Shown one piece after another: positions 12,619 through 25,300 of a stretch of 64,000 nt of DNA. The notes under the pieces were generated by a model. The model ran no database searches and had not been told where the DNA came from. It saw nothing but the letters and a program-made list of their open reading frames with translations. Within the stretch, counting starts at the first letter, position 1; every line of letters begins with the position of its first letter. Origin of the DNA: Pocillopora damicornis (Eukaryota); assembly GCF_003704095.1 (NCBI RefSeq), contig NW_020846816.1, positions 1-64,000 of the forward strand, read 5' to 3'. The position numbers and the translations under genes were made by a program.

Positions 12619-12802
12619 ATATCTGGGCGTGGTAAAGGAGGTTAGGAAAAGGAGGCACCAAGCCTCATCAAAATATTCCACAAGACAACATCCAGGGAAT
12701 CAGCAATCCGACGTCGGCATTTCTGGTCTTATTTACGAAGAGAACCGCGGAGTGCCTAAAGTTTTCTTGATAAACGTTATCTGTGATGCTGTGACCTACA
12801 TC
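12619..12802 (+). pseudogene. Decayed, truncated histone H4
   Basis: The start codon is ATA in place of ATG. Then SGRGKGG, frameshift, LGKGGTKPHQNIPQDNIQGI, deletion, [28 protein letters not shown] (canonical [28 protein letters not shown]). The 3' end is replaced by simple repeat. Confidence 0.88.
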
Positions 12803-13175
12803 GTTTTTGTCGTTGTCATTGTCAGTGTCACTATATAGGTTTCTTTAATATTCAGTGTATGAGATAGTCACTGTCCTTATTCAACAGCACTCCCACTCCC
12901 ACTGTCACTGTTCCTGTGTTTTATTGTCACTTCTCTCTCACTGTCACTACGGCTGTCACTTAGACTGTTACCCTCTCTGTCTCTGTTCTGTCTCTGTGAC
13001 TGACATAATCACTGTCAGTGTCAGTTTGGGTGTCACTTTCATTATCTCTGTCGCAATCAATTTTATTGACACTATCACTTTCTGTGTCGCTAATTGTCGG
13101 TGTTGTCTTTTTCCCAGTCTCCGTCAGTTTATATGTTGTCATTAATGTTTGTCACTGTCACTCTGACTGTCTATG
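12803..13175. repeat. Degenerate (TGTCAC)n-type hexamer microsatellite
   Basis: Recurrent tgtcac/tgtcag/tgtctc/tgtcgt units. These account for the spurious ORFs at 12855-13290. Confidence 0.8.
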
Positions 13176-13944
13176 TAACTCTAGCAACGTGAGATTTGTT
13201 CACTCCACCATTAGCAATAGTGCTCTTGCAGGCTGCCTTAGTGGCTCAATGGTGCTTTTCTATCAGTTGACTTCGGAGAAGTTTTCTTAGCACCAGCCAT
13301 AGCTAACAAGAATATTGACGTTTCGTCATAAAACTTCAAAAATTTTCGTTTTCTCCAGATAATGTTTTAAGAAATTGATTTGACAACAATCATTCAACGA
13401 TCTGAATGGTTATCCAAGGTTTGTTTTTTACTGGCTGCAGTGAATTTCTTTGTTCTTGTATCCTCTTGACAAGTTGGCCTAATTTCCCCAAAACTCAAAA
13501 TTGCCCTCAGATTTCAGTTGTTCACTTTCAATGTGTGCTTTTGGCAATGCAAAAATTTTTCGAAGTGAAAGTGGGTGTACATCACTCTCATACATTATAT
13601 ATACCAAAATTTAGGGCAATCTGATGTCTAGTTTGCTAATATATACTGGAGAGTATGAGGCTTTGGACCCAGAGGAAATTAAGGAACCACAATTCTCTAT
13701 CGTTATATACATACTAGCTACTCTATCCTAAGTTTCTTGGCTGGGAAGATCTAGTTTTGGCAATGTGTTTACATTTGATGAAGTACACAAAAATGTGCAT
13801 TGACCTTTAATTGTGATGCCAAACATTATCAGAGGTTCTTTTGACAATAATTTCATCACAACTGGTGCATAACTACTAGATAAAACTTCATGGTCAGCCA
13901 GCACCTAATAATGGTCACTATCCTTTCATTTAAAGGTCGTGAGT

Positions 13945-16900
13945 CTATTTTCCTCTTTTCTTTGTTTTGGGACTTTTTGGTGGACCGGAAACATCTGCAG
14001 AGATGCCCATCTTCACTGCAATTTCTTCATCTTGTGCTTTTAATTGCTGATCCACACTTGTTTTCAGCTGCAGAAAGCAAATGAATTATTAGTGGATAGG
14101 GCTCACTCTAGATACTACTTGTATTTGGAGACTAAGAAGTCCACATCCGTGACTTGTACAAAAGTGAAGTATAATTCTTTTTGTTTAGGTAATCAGTGTC
14201 CATCAATTACACAGTAACCTCTTACTTCTGATCTTACCTACTATGTTACTTGAGTGTTAAAAGATTCCATTTGTGAAAACTGCTCGCCTCAACAAAGAAA
14301 TGTTGACACCAAGCTTTTGTTAGTGTTGAAAGAGTTTCAAACAAATCAGCAAAATCCTGTGTTTGTAATTCAGATGTGAACAGCAATGATATTCAGAGTT
14401 TGTGTAGCCAATCAGAGCACACCTTCAACACTATCCACTGTTTTAGTTTATGCTGAAAGTTATTAGGTCTACTTACAGATAAATTAGTTTGACAACATTT
14501 ATTCTTTTTCACGAAATTGTCTCAGTCTAGGCACATGTCCAGTATACTTCTAGATCTACCCTAGACTTGACTGATTTTTTTTTAAAAACGTTTTCAAGGT
14601 ATGGGTTGAAAGCACCACCATGACTGGTATCTCATGTCCCAGGGTGCCTCACATATACCATATTTCCTCAAATCTGCACTCAGATGGTTAATTACAATTT
14701 CAGCTTAAAAGAGGAGTACTTATTGGAAAGTGGGTGCTCCATCGAGAGGGGCTCTTCAAGCAATAGGGCAAAAACAAAAACAGATAACACACATAAAGGA
14801 ATTCTGCTAGCAAAAGGAGATAGGAATGGGTGGGACAGAAAATAAATTATCCCCCTGTAATGATTCCACTGTAGTTGAATCTTAAAAAGTTGTAATTAAA
14901 GTGGCAATAGAAACAGGTTCTCCTTGTATCCCTACTATTTAGGAGAGTGAGGGAGAAGGGGGGGGGGGGGGTCTCATTTGAGAGGGGTGCTTTTTTGACA
15001 TAATGGTGGGTGCTTATTTGTCAGAGAACACCTTTTGAAGTGCAGGTGCTTATTCCAGGATATACAAAAGTTTGCACATCATTTTGCATTTGTGATTGTT
15101 ATTGGAAGGAATACATACTTGTTGAACCTGTTCAGAAAGAGCTGAATTTATGATTGCTTTGAGTTCCTTCACTGCTGGAGTGTCTAAAAAGTAAATAAGA
15201 AAAAGAGAAGTATATCCAAGCCAAGTTAGTACTGACTCAGATCCAAGTGACACCACTTAAACTAAAATTTTCCTTCCCTGATTTGGCGATTAGTATCTAC
15301 ACCAAGAAACAAACTAGGAAAAATTGTCTTTTTCTTTTATGGTTTACCAATAATTCTCAATCCACATTGCGCCACGATCCATCATTACATTGATACAAGG
15401 GAATACACCTAGAACTGATGACTCCCAGATTGGGAATGCCACAAAGTGTTATAGATCAAATCATTCAGCACCTTCTTCTTGAACAGTGATTGCTTCTGCT
15501 TCTGTTTTCTCAACATCACTAGTAACCTTTGTTTTGCAAGAGGAATAAAAATATGAGAACCAGTCATACAACTACAACTGGAAGGAAGGGATTCTGGGAG
15601 GAGTAGGGCTTCCTTAAAATACCTGCATATTTGTTATTTTTGATTTCAGGCAAATTTTCAAGCATAGAGAATAATTAAGTGCAGCAATTCAATAGAACAT
15701 TAACAGTGTTGGGATCCTGACTGACAGGTGAAAAAACAGTCAGCTATTTCAATGTGGACAAGGAGGGTCTTAATTCCAAGACCTCTGAAACCAGTGTCCC
15801 AACCATTTTGTTATACAGGCAGAATGTAATCTTGAAAATGGAGCACTGCCACAAAACAGAACTCAAAGCACAACCAATTAGGCCAAACAAATTAATTTTT
15901 TGGCAACACAGAACTTTACATCAAAGGGATGATAACCTTGAAGATAAATGTAAAATTGCTTTCTACTGGAAAGTAAATGTAAAACCTTTAAGGTCTTACT
16001 CTGAAAATTAAATCCCAAGATATTTGAGACAATTTTTCTCTCTGCAGCTGAATATTCACTTGGGTATTTGTTCTCTTAATTTAGTGTGAGATATGGAAAA
16101 TACTGTCAAACTGGATTCCCTCATTCTAATCTTCTGCCTGCCCTTAATATTAACTAAAAGTGTGAGTAAAGGGTCTTCAACTCACCTCTTCAGCACCACC
16201 ATCAGCTCCTTGGTCTGCTTCACCAACTAAACAAAATGTTCAAATTTGAAATTTTTGTGGGCAAGATGAAATAACTCCAACTTTTTCAGGTGCAAAAAAA
16301 ACATACTGTTAACACAATGTAAAGGATACAGTGCCTACCTTAATTTGGATTTTTGATTAGGATCATTAAGAGGAAAAAAAGTGTTATTATCCTAAGAACA
16401 GTAAGTGACAAGATGTCACAATGAACCAGTGTTTGAAGAGCATTGTTATTTGAGAGCTAAAGATAGCAAGATGGAACAGTGTATTTAAGAATCTCTGCAG
16501 ATAATTTATTTTTAGCTTACAAAGCTTGTTTTGTGGGCAATTCTGGCTAGGAGTTGCATAAGTAATAAAAAGAACAGCTTGTATACCTTCAGAGGGTTCT
16601 GGTGTTTCTGGCAATCCAATGTATTTCAGACTAAGGTCAAGACGAACCTATCAATATAAAGAAATTACTTTGTAGCACAACTTCTATTAAAATTCCTCTT
16701 TTGTAAGATAATGTCCCCAAAGACTGTGAATATATGTAAATCATATAACAAGCCAACTGGGAGCTACCAGTTGGTTTGTTAGCTTAGTTGCTAGAGCACT
16801 GGACTGGTACTGCAAAGGTCAGAGTTCAAATCCTGTACAGGCTTGAATTTTTTCAGGCCTTATTTTCACTATGGCGTAAGCAATGTTTGCATGTTACAGC

Positions 16901-19900
16901 AAAGATCTCTTTCATTTTCAATGTCCCCAAAATTGTATTTCCCACATTTCATTTTTTTTGTATTAATATAACCAGAGAACATACCTTTGGTGTAAATGTA
17001 TACTTGTACATCTTAAAATGCCTGAAGTACCTGATAAAATCAGAAAATATCAATTACCCACACACTCTTAACATTTAATTTATACAAGCATTGAAAAATC
17101 ATAGAATGGTTATGACTGAAGAAGTTCTTTTCACAACAATTGAAAATCTGTACTTACTTCACTTTTCAGATCCAGACCTCAAAGAAAAGGGAGGTAGCAC
17201 ACTCAAATGTATGTGTACATGTACTTCTGAGAATACTTTAATTGACTTTAGTAAAATATATGTAATCTATGGAATCATAGGCCTTCAAAAAGTAGAACTA
17301 AAGGAGCTTCATGGAAATCTCCTCAGCCACATTGTTTGTTCATCGCAAAAGCAATGCCACATTGTGTAAACAGTTGTAAATATTATCACAGCCCCAACCT
17401 GAGTTAAGTAAGAACTAGTTTGACATACGTGTTGACTGCATATGTGGTTAGCTTCTTCACTTGATCAACTGAGAAAAGAGCAACACTGTAGGGTGGTCTC
17501 TGCGATGGATTTCAATATAAAAATGAATCAAAACTCTGAATATCAGTTGGCCTCAGGCAAGTTTTTTTAAAACCTTTTGTCATAAAGTCATAAAGAAAAG
17601 AAAAACTTGTATCCTTGATTGAACTTTGTTTATTATATGTGATGGTCTCGAAGCATCAGAAACTATACACAAGTAATTTGATATAAAACAGATGAATCAA
17701 AATCAAGCCACGAAATCAAGGTGTGTCCTGTACAAACGAAACCGCAAACATGTGGCTAAAGGTTACATGAAGAAATTGATTAAAAATAAATGTGACTGTT
17801 CGTAACACCTTTAATTAGAAAATAATTACAAATTTTTATTGGCCATTTATTTTTAAAGCAAAGTGTTGTATACCATAATTAATTAAATAGATATATGCAC
17901 ATAGGTTGATAAAAATGAAAAGCCACAAAAAAAGGTGATTGTTTAGAATCATGCAAACACACAATTGTGGAGTGAGTGAGTGAGTGAGTGGCTAAGTGAG
18001 GCTGAAATGAAACCAACAAGTTGTTCTCCTGTAGGTAATGCTCTATCTGCTATCTGACTGTGAACTTCCTGCTTTTTTAAGTATTTCAGAGAGAGAAGTA
18101 AAGTTTTCTCAAGCACCTATTTTGAAAATTGTTAAAAGTTATATTCCCTTCCATTTGCTGTTTATGGCCAAGACAATGAGGTGAGTACCGGACACTTATC
18201 AAATAAATGTATGTAGATAGCCCCTTCAGTTCACATACAAGCAGGAATGTTGTCACAACTGGTGGTACAGGATTTTATTACAGCCTTCTTTGCTCTGTAT
18301 GGAGTATGGAGGCCTGCAATACAGTTTTTTCAATTTTTTCCTCTTCGCTCAGATACTGAGCTCATGCAATTGAACATTTTATAAGTAAGTCCAGCCTGGA
18401 AAAGTTTAATGATTGGAGCATTAGCATCCTTTAGCTAACATATGTTAATAACCACAGTGAAATGATCACAGAATGGCCTAACTTAAGCATGTGATTGTAG
18501 GAGTGCAGGAATGTAATAAAATCTGAACAACCCCCCTTCAACACTTGAGAATTGAGAACAATTGACACGTTGGCTACATGAAGAAGATTAAACAGCCTTG
18601 ACCTCCACAGGCATAAACAACAAAGTTTCCTAACTGCCAGTTAAATGTGTACTAGACTATAAGGAGAAGTTCTCTATTGCCTGACATAATGGCTATCATT
18701 AATGTCAACCACAGGATAAATCCTACAACTGCACTGTAACACTGCTTTCATTGATGACAAATAACAATTACAACCACAAATTAGAACAAGTCTTTGATAA
18801 AAATAACAATAATAACACTAACAGTCAGCCACAATTTAAAAAAATATGCCACAGCACCTTGACAGAATGACAAAGAAGAAGTTCCTTAAAGTATTCAAAA
18901 ACTGGTTCCACATTCCCATATGGTGTATCTGTAAGATATCAATAATACTCTACTCTATCACATGACCAAAATGAACTTCTCAATGAATTATGAGTTTCTC
19001 CTTCTGGTTGGAAGAAAAAGAAGAAACCTTTTTGCCATAGAATCTCTCTAGTAGTTGTCCAGTGTGCACCCTTCTTTCATTTTTCTTACAAAATTACATT
19101 TCATAGGGATAAATCAGTTTGTTAAAAAGATATATAACAAGTTTGACAAGTGATTATAGAATTTTGCTAATTTTCAAGTTGAGAATTTAATCAAATCTCT
19201 TACATTCAATTAAAATGCAAAATTTATTACATGTCGATGATAAATTAAATTTTTTAAGATTTGTAGATGATTCCGCATAAATTTGGACACAAATGTTTTA
19301 ATATCGCAGTTTCCTCACATAAAATTAATGGTTCTTGTTTTCAAATAGATATTTTGCTCACCAACAGCCATCTCGTGAACACACTTGATAATAGAGAACC
19401 ATGCTGACATCTGTTCTGCGGTAAATCCATTTTCTTTACCAAATGTACAGTTGTTGGTCAAGGAAAAAATTTATGCTGAAGCCAGTTCAAAATTACCAAC
19501 TGAAGCTTTATTTAATGTGACTGACTTATGTATTCTAGATATTGGTGGTTAAATTGCTGTTGGGAGACACAATGGCCTTGTGGACGGTGCACTGAACTCC
19601 AGGTCAGGTCACTTTTGATGAACTTGCATCCCATCCAAGAGGGTACAATAAACTCCTTCAGCTTGTCATTACATGCCTGAGAAATCAGGAAAGCTAGGCC
19701 CCATGAGTGCCATGCAGCCCTTTATGCACAAAAGAAAACTTTACCTTTTTAAGGTGATAAAAGGATATTGCACAGTATAAAAATAAAGATCCACAAGGAT
19801 CCCCTGCCTGAGGTCATCTTTCCAATCTTTTAGGTGGAGGATATCTGCCAATAGACTTAAGAATGAAAAAGAAGGCTTCAACTTATTTTAATGCTTAGAT

Positions 19901-22082
19901 CAGTTTCATTTCATATCAAATTAAGTTGAATAAGGAATAACATACAATCAATCACAGGTTAATAGCTAGCAAAATTGAGCACTTCTCTGTAGTTAAGCCC
20001 CACTAATTTCTGTTGGAGAAAACTTGTTTTGCTACTTCTAGAGTTATACAATAAATGGTTTTAACTCTGAGTGGTAACATGTGATGGCTGGAGTATTCTG
20101 ATTGTCTGGGTGAGTGTAGTCCTGAGAGGGACTGATGTGAGTAGTGAAGACTGCCCTTTTGACAAGCACAAACTGAAAAACAGACAGGGAGCAGTTGATA
20201 AGATCAATTGCTCTGACTGCCACACCTCCCACTTTGGAAAGACTGGCAAAAACCAGACAACAAGACTGACTGAACACAAGTGGGTAACAAGGAAAGATGA
20301 TGTCAACAATTGAATTGCTGAACATCATCAACTTACAAACCACACTATTGACTGGGACTCTGTGCAATGCTTAACCTACAGCACTAACTACTTTCAACAA
20401 CTGACTCTGGAAAGCTGGTGTCCTAACTCAAAACAGACTTCCCTCCACAGGTGTGATCTACTACTGCCACCATATGCACAACTTATTCACAACATAAACA
20501 TTACAAACAAACTGAATAGAACCACCTTACTTTACCAAACAATCAAAGCAGACCTATCATGACCGACTCACGCCACCTGAGTCTTACAACCAATAACATC
20601 AAGGCAAATCTGACCAATCAGTTCATAGGAACTGGACTAAGAAAACTCGACTGACAACAACTATTTACTTGACTCTGATGATGACTTCTGCTCAGGTTGT
20701 CGAAACGTGAAAGTAATTATTACCAACAACAGTCCTTCTCAAGACTATACACTCACCCAAACAATCAGAATACACCATCACAGTTATGAAGTTGTGGGTG
20801 ATTCCCAGCTTCCCCTCTTTTCCATGGATAATGCTTACAGTTCTGAGGTGGGGAGGTGGAGGGGGAGAGATAATTCATACAACAGGCTATAAGAGTATGC
20901 TCTTTCTTTTGCTTATTTTAAACTTCTCACACACCATTCTGTTGAGTATGCATCTGGACCTAGACTTACTGTCCACAGCAGTGGCTCACTAATTACCCAG
21001 CACTTGTGTTCTTACTGATGCTTTTAGTCATTTATTCTCGGTTACTTTACCAAAAATAAATTCATATTTTAATTAGTTTTTGTAGTGATAGTAGCTGTTA
21101 GTTAAGTATTCTATGACCAGTGGAAATCTTTTTTTTCATTTGGTTTATTTTTGCAATAATTATGTTTCTATAATTAATTCATCTCAGTTCACTGTAAATG
21201 TTTTTGATTTAGTAAGATTATTGTTAATGTTAAGTGATCTATTGTCAATCTTTGTGTAGCCATATTTTTGTAGGCTTTTAATAACTTTAGTCTTTTCAGT
21301 TTATTCCTGTTAGTTTTTGACAACCTATTGTCAAAAGCTTACCACTGATTTAAATTAAGAGTCTTTTGTTCTCTCCATACACCTTGCCTCTACTAGCATG
21401 TACTATATGCGAGTTTTGCCTGTACTTTATTTGTAACTATAGAAATAATAATAATAATGTTTGTTCATTTGTATTGAAAATTGTTTGTCATATTATTTCT
21501 CATGTAACTAACCTTTGTACATCCTCTGGAGTTTCACTTCTTTGAATGTCTACCACATTGTCTAGAGTTAAGTCAGTCCTACAATAACAGACACCAGCAA
21601 ACCGCATTATTAGAAGATGAGTTCATAAACCTCAAATTACCGAAGGTATTTAAGAGCCAAGTTTTTCCATAAAAAGGAAAAACAAGCATAACCATTGGTT
21701 TGCAAATTTGTACAGATAATTTGTCTCATCGGTGTCCATAACGGAGATTAAGTCCAACTGTTATTGTTCATCTCTCGTTAGGAAGCGATAAGCAAGCACA
21801 AAATGATCAGGAAATTTCGTGAACTTAGAAGAAGATTAATTTAAGGTAATGTGTTATTACGCAGAGTCCGTTTTAGGTCATTTTAAGCGAGGACATTCTG
21901 GTTTTGTTTTGGTAACAGCTGGGTCAGTGTTTCATCGGGTGTCATAGGAAATAAGCTCTTACCAAACAAGCACTTTCGGCTTGAAATTCTTTCCCTGAAA
22001 ATAAAAGCAGAACGTTAACTGTATCATCCTAGAGGCAATGAAAAGGAAGAAGGAAGGAAGGTACCTCGGCTAGTGAAGGCAT
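13945..22082 (-). CDS. CFAP119: Cilia- and flagella-associated protein 119 (CCDC189; C1a-32-like central-pair protein), ~272 aa
   Basis: 13 exons: 22065-22082, 21963-21994, 21513-21578, 19769-19855, 19362-19444, 18858-18928, 17429-17499, 16985-17030, 16587-16647, 16186-16226, 15472-15526, 15119-15183, 13945-14067. Phases are all consistent. Protein includes KPKVLVWTDL...[111 protein letters not shown], matching recalled CCDC189 motifs ([42 protein letters not shown]). The gene is almost invisible in the ORF track. Confidence 0.9.
16763..16905 (+). mobile_element. tRNA-derived SINE (decayed) in a CFAP119 intron
   Basis: A-box-like TAGCTTAGTTGCTAGAGC, B-box-like GTTCAAATCC, then GAATTTTTTCAGGC. 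Confidence 0.6.
19445..19768 (-). other. U12-type (minor spliceosome) AT-AC intron, CFAP119 intron 4
   Basis: Minus-strand donor ATATCCTTT at 19768-19760. Branch site TTCCTTGAC lies ~13 nt before the terminal AC at 19446-19445. Splicing joins ...TV-CA|A-TTT (Q-F) in frame. No AG acceptor fits. Confidence 0.9.
20046..20790 (+). mobile_element. Penelope-like retroelement 3' fragment: GIY-YIG endonuclease remnant, pLTR, and inverted partial pLTR at the 5' end
   Basis: Translates DKHKLKNRQGAVDKINCSDCHTSHFGKTGKNQTTRLTEHK...*IAEHHQLTNHTIDWDSVQCLTYSTNYFQQLTLESW, the GAVYKI.C.DC...YIGETGR....R..EH motif in decayed form. 20092-20134 is the reverse complement of ~20730-20773. Confidence 0.85.
20664..20720 (+). 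ncRNA. Minimal type-I hammerhead ribozyme core in the Penelope pLTR (probably inactivated)
   Basis: CTGATGA (20675-20681), stem II GAC...GTC, GAAAC (20702-20706). The expected GUC/UH cleavage triplet reads GTG. Confidence 0.6.
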
Positions 22083-22327
22083 TATGATTGTTTCCTCAGG
22101 TTTCTGTTTTCGTCCGTCAAGCCGCCATACTTTGTCTCCAAGCTACTGACTAACATTGAGCCCGCAGTGGTTATAGACACAAAAACTCGCATGAACAGCT
22201 CGATGCCAAAAACACAAATCTCCATCTCTAAATGCGCGGTCCCTTAGCACTATTGAAGTAAACAGAGAGCTAGAGAGGTTGACATATCTGCCTCGAATAT
22301 GTGAAGTTAACTTAAATTTTAATGATA
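22083..22327. promoter_or_regulatory. Bidirectional promoter/5' UTRs shared by CFAP119 and UBE3B
   Basis: The divergent ATGs are 245 bp apart. The interval contains YY1-like GCCGCCAT (22121-22128) and an X-box-like palindrome GTGGTTATAGACAC (22167-22180). Confidence 0.7.
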
Positions 22328-25300
22328 ATGTTTGGTGGTAATAAAAAAAAGGACCGTGTCGAATTTGTTGAAAAAGTGCAGGCTGCTCGACAACAACGAT
22401 CCGAAGGAAAAGAAAGGGAAAGAGCTGCTATTCGCATTCAGGTATTTATATATAGACTGCTAAAGATAGATATCTGATCGCTAAGGAGGAATATGCTCCA
22501 GAAACCACATGATCACTATTTATGAGTATTTAAGAACTTTTAATCATCCTTGAAAAATTAAATTAATCTTTTGAAAATATTTGCTGCTGGAATTCGTGAG
22601 CCAACCAGTACAACAGCTGTTTTAAATAGTGCATGTTGTGCTTTTCTATTTAAAGGCTAGATTACTTAGATGTCTTTAACCGGCATCCGAAGAGGAATTT
22701 TAGCACCAGTCAAACAGAGAAGTTACTCAAAACAAGTAGTGACTTTTGATAGGAGAGATGAAATTTGTAGTGTTTAAGCAATGAACCACTTTTTGAAAGA
22801 ACGTAAAAATACTTTGATTGCCAGACTCACATCACTTACTGACTTGACTTAACCTAACCTAAATAACATGGACACCTTATTATATTTATACTGTTACTTA
22901 CATAACATAACATGATGAAAGGTGATCAAAATAAATTTCACAAGTTAACAAATCAACACCACAAATTTTTTTTATAGAGCATGTATACTACTCCTTTATA
23001 TGACCACACTTAGCAAGGTGCGAGATTGTGCCTGTCTGGTAGTAAGTGTGACTGAAAATTGAATGTCAGTGACTGGAATTTTAAAGGTAGTCACAAGAAG
23101 GCAAGTTATCCAGTGTCCCCACTGGACAACTTTTTTTTTCTAATTGAAAACATTCACATTTGGTTCCCAAGAAGGATTATAGAACCTCCACTGAAAAATA
23201 AATTAAAAGTGTTCACAAAATGTACTGTGCTTTCCACCAGATAGAGATTTATCCAGTATATAGTGTTACTCTCCCTTTGAACAACCTGTGCCAGGAAAGT
23301 TGCAATAATTGATTTAGAGGCAGTCATGTTTTCAGCTGTTAACATGACAGCCATACAAAGGGCACATTCCATTTGTGATGGGTCTGCTTTCCTGGTGCTC
23401 TGTTTGGCACTGGTTTATACTCTGAAAATGTTCATAAGTGTTTTAAAATGAGAAGGGGAAGAAAGTGCTATTTATTAATAAGAAGTTCATGTTAAGTTTG
23501 GATATTTTACCAGCCTCTTAATTGTAAGACAAAGATTTCTCCATGTGAACTGAAAATGATCTTTTGTATACTGTTGTACACTACTCATATTGTTTAAAGG
23601 AACAGCACTCTAAGCTCAACTATTTTCAAAGTCACCATAAAATAAAGAAAATGGTGTGGCTGGCATTTATTTTTGCAGAAAACAAAGAAAATAAATGAAC
23701 TTTGTCTTCTGACCCTACACTTGTAAAAAGTATGTTTTAAAAACATTACAACCTGCTACATAACTATCAAACAAAGGTTGCAAAATGGCCACTTTCACTG
23801 CAAAATTATGTGGCAAAAATGTTATTGTAGTCTCCATTGTGACCAAAATGGTCACAGCATGGAGCTTTGATGAGGAAATTATTTCCAGCTAAAGTGTGCC
23901 TTAACAATCTCACATTTCTTTGTATTTCACATTGAAGCTAAAATGTTGTGAGTGGAACTCTTTAATGACTAGTTTTTTCCTACTTGGCGATGTTTAAAAA
24001 AATTGTCTAGCAGCACTTTGTGCCCCTATAGTATTTAGTATTATATATATATTTGCCCCAGTGCAAACAAATTTTGTTGATGTTGTCACCTAGCGGATAT
24101 AACCTGAGATTGATTCATCTTGGATGTTACCCAGAGAGCTTTGATCCCTTATTTCGAGGTGTTGAAATTTGTTGAAGCAACCATTTTGCTGTGTACATTA
24201 GGGTTATTATATACTAAGTCAATGAAATTTTTGAAAATTCTGCTTCCTTTTTGTGCTTTCTCAGGCATGGATGAGGAGGCTCCTGTGTATTACCAAACTG
24301 AGAACTGAAACAAGGTATTTATTAACTTAGTTGGTGCCCAAAAACACTTTATAATGTTAATTAATCCCATTTTATGTTGGCTTGTGGTGAAGAAGAAGCC
24401 AGATTATAATTTACCACAAAAATTTTGCCAGGGACCTTGCTATCATATCTTATTCATCAATTACCAATTAATTATTTATTAAAAAATTTTTTCATTCTAT
24501 CAGAAGCTTATAACATCGAAGCATTTTATATGTCGGAGAGCTGGGGCTTATTAAAATGTAAGACCAGCCAATTAATCTTGTGTAACATGTAGTTGGAAAA
24601 CTGCAAGTTTGTGTGCACTTTTCATTTTGCTGTGAGTGTTATTTCAGAGTGATCAACTGTATTTTCACAACTTTCTCACTCATCCACTAAGTATTGTGAA
24701 GCAGCTTGTCTGAAATATAGACACTACTTTCAGTCAGCTTAAAATCTTCAGTCAAAAAAAGTTGGAAAGTAAATCAGTTTCTGAAAATATCATTTACCTC
24801 AGTCTAGCTATCTAGTCTTCTGTACACAACATATACATAGATTGAAATGTTTAAATATCCTTGTCTCAATGAAAACTCAGAAGCTTATTTTCACAGCAGT
24901 TAAGTTTACTTGTGGAAGTCTCTTCCTTCAGTGATTAAACACTGCCGAAACAATCCTCTTGATTCATTTGCATCTGCCATGCTATCATTGACTGCCACAT
25001 TTGTGTGTGGAGTGGAACTCAAAATTTTTTCAAAAAATGTTATTGATAGAGTCTCTCTTAAGAAAATTCAATTATCATAAGTTATCCAGGGCTTTCCCAA
25101 TGAAAATGATGGCTCGATCATTAATTCTTGTAAGCTTTTCAGTGCCCCTTTGTGATCAGTAGAGAGTTTTTATGAATTCAAATAAAAAACTGCTTATAAA
25201 CCCCACCTTGTTTTTAGACAATGCATGTATAGAGGAATTTAGACACTTCTAGGTCATAAACTTCTAATTCTAAAGAGTATATCTAGTGGGTAAGTATGAA

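Noticed and set aside
12855-13290. His/Cys-rich and Ser/Val-rich ORFs
   Set aside because: Translations of the (TGTCAC)n simple repeat.
18260-18313. Possible alternative CFAP119 exon starting RPPYSI
   Set aside because: The similarity lasts only ~6 codons, the phase does not fit the upstream exon and it hits a stop. The real exon is 17429-17499.
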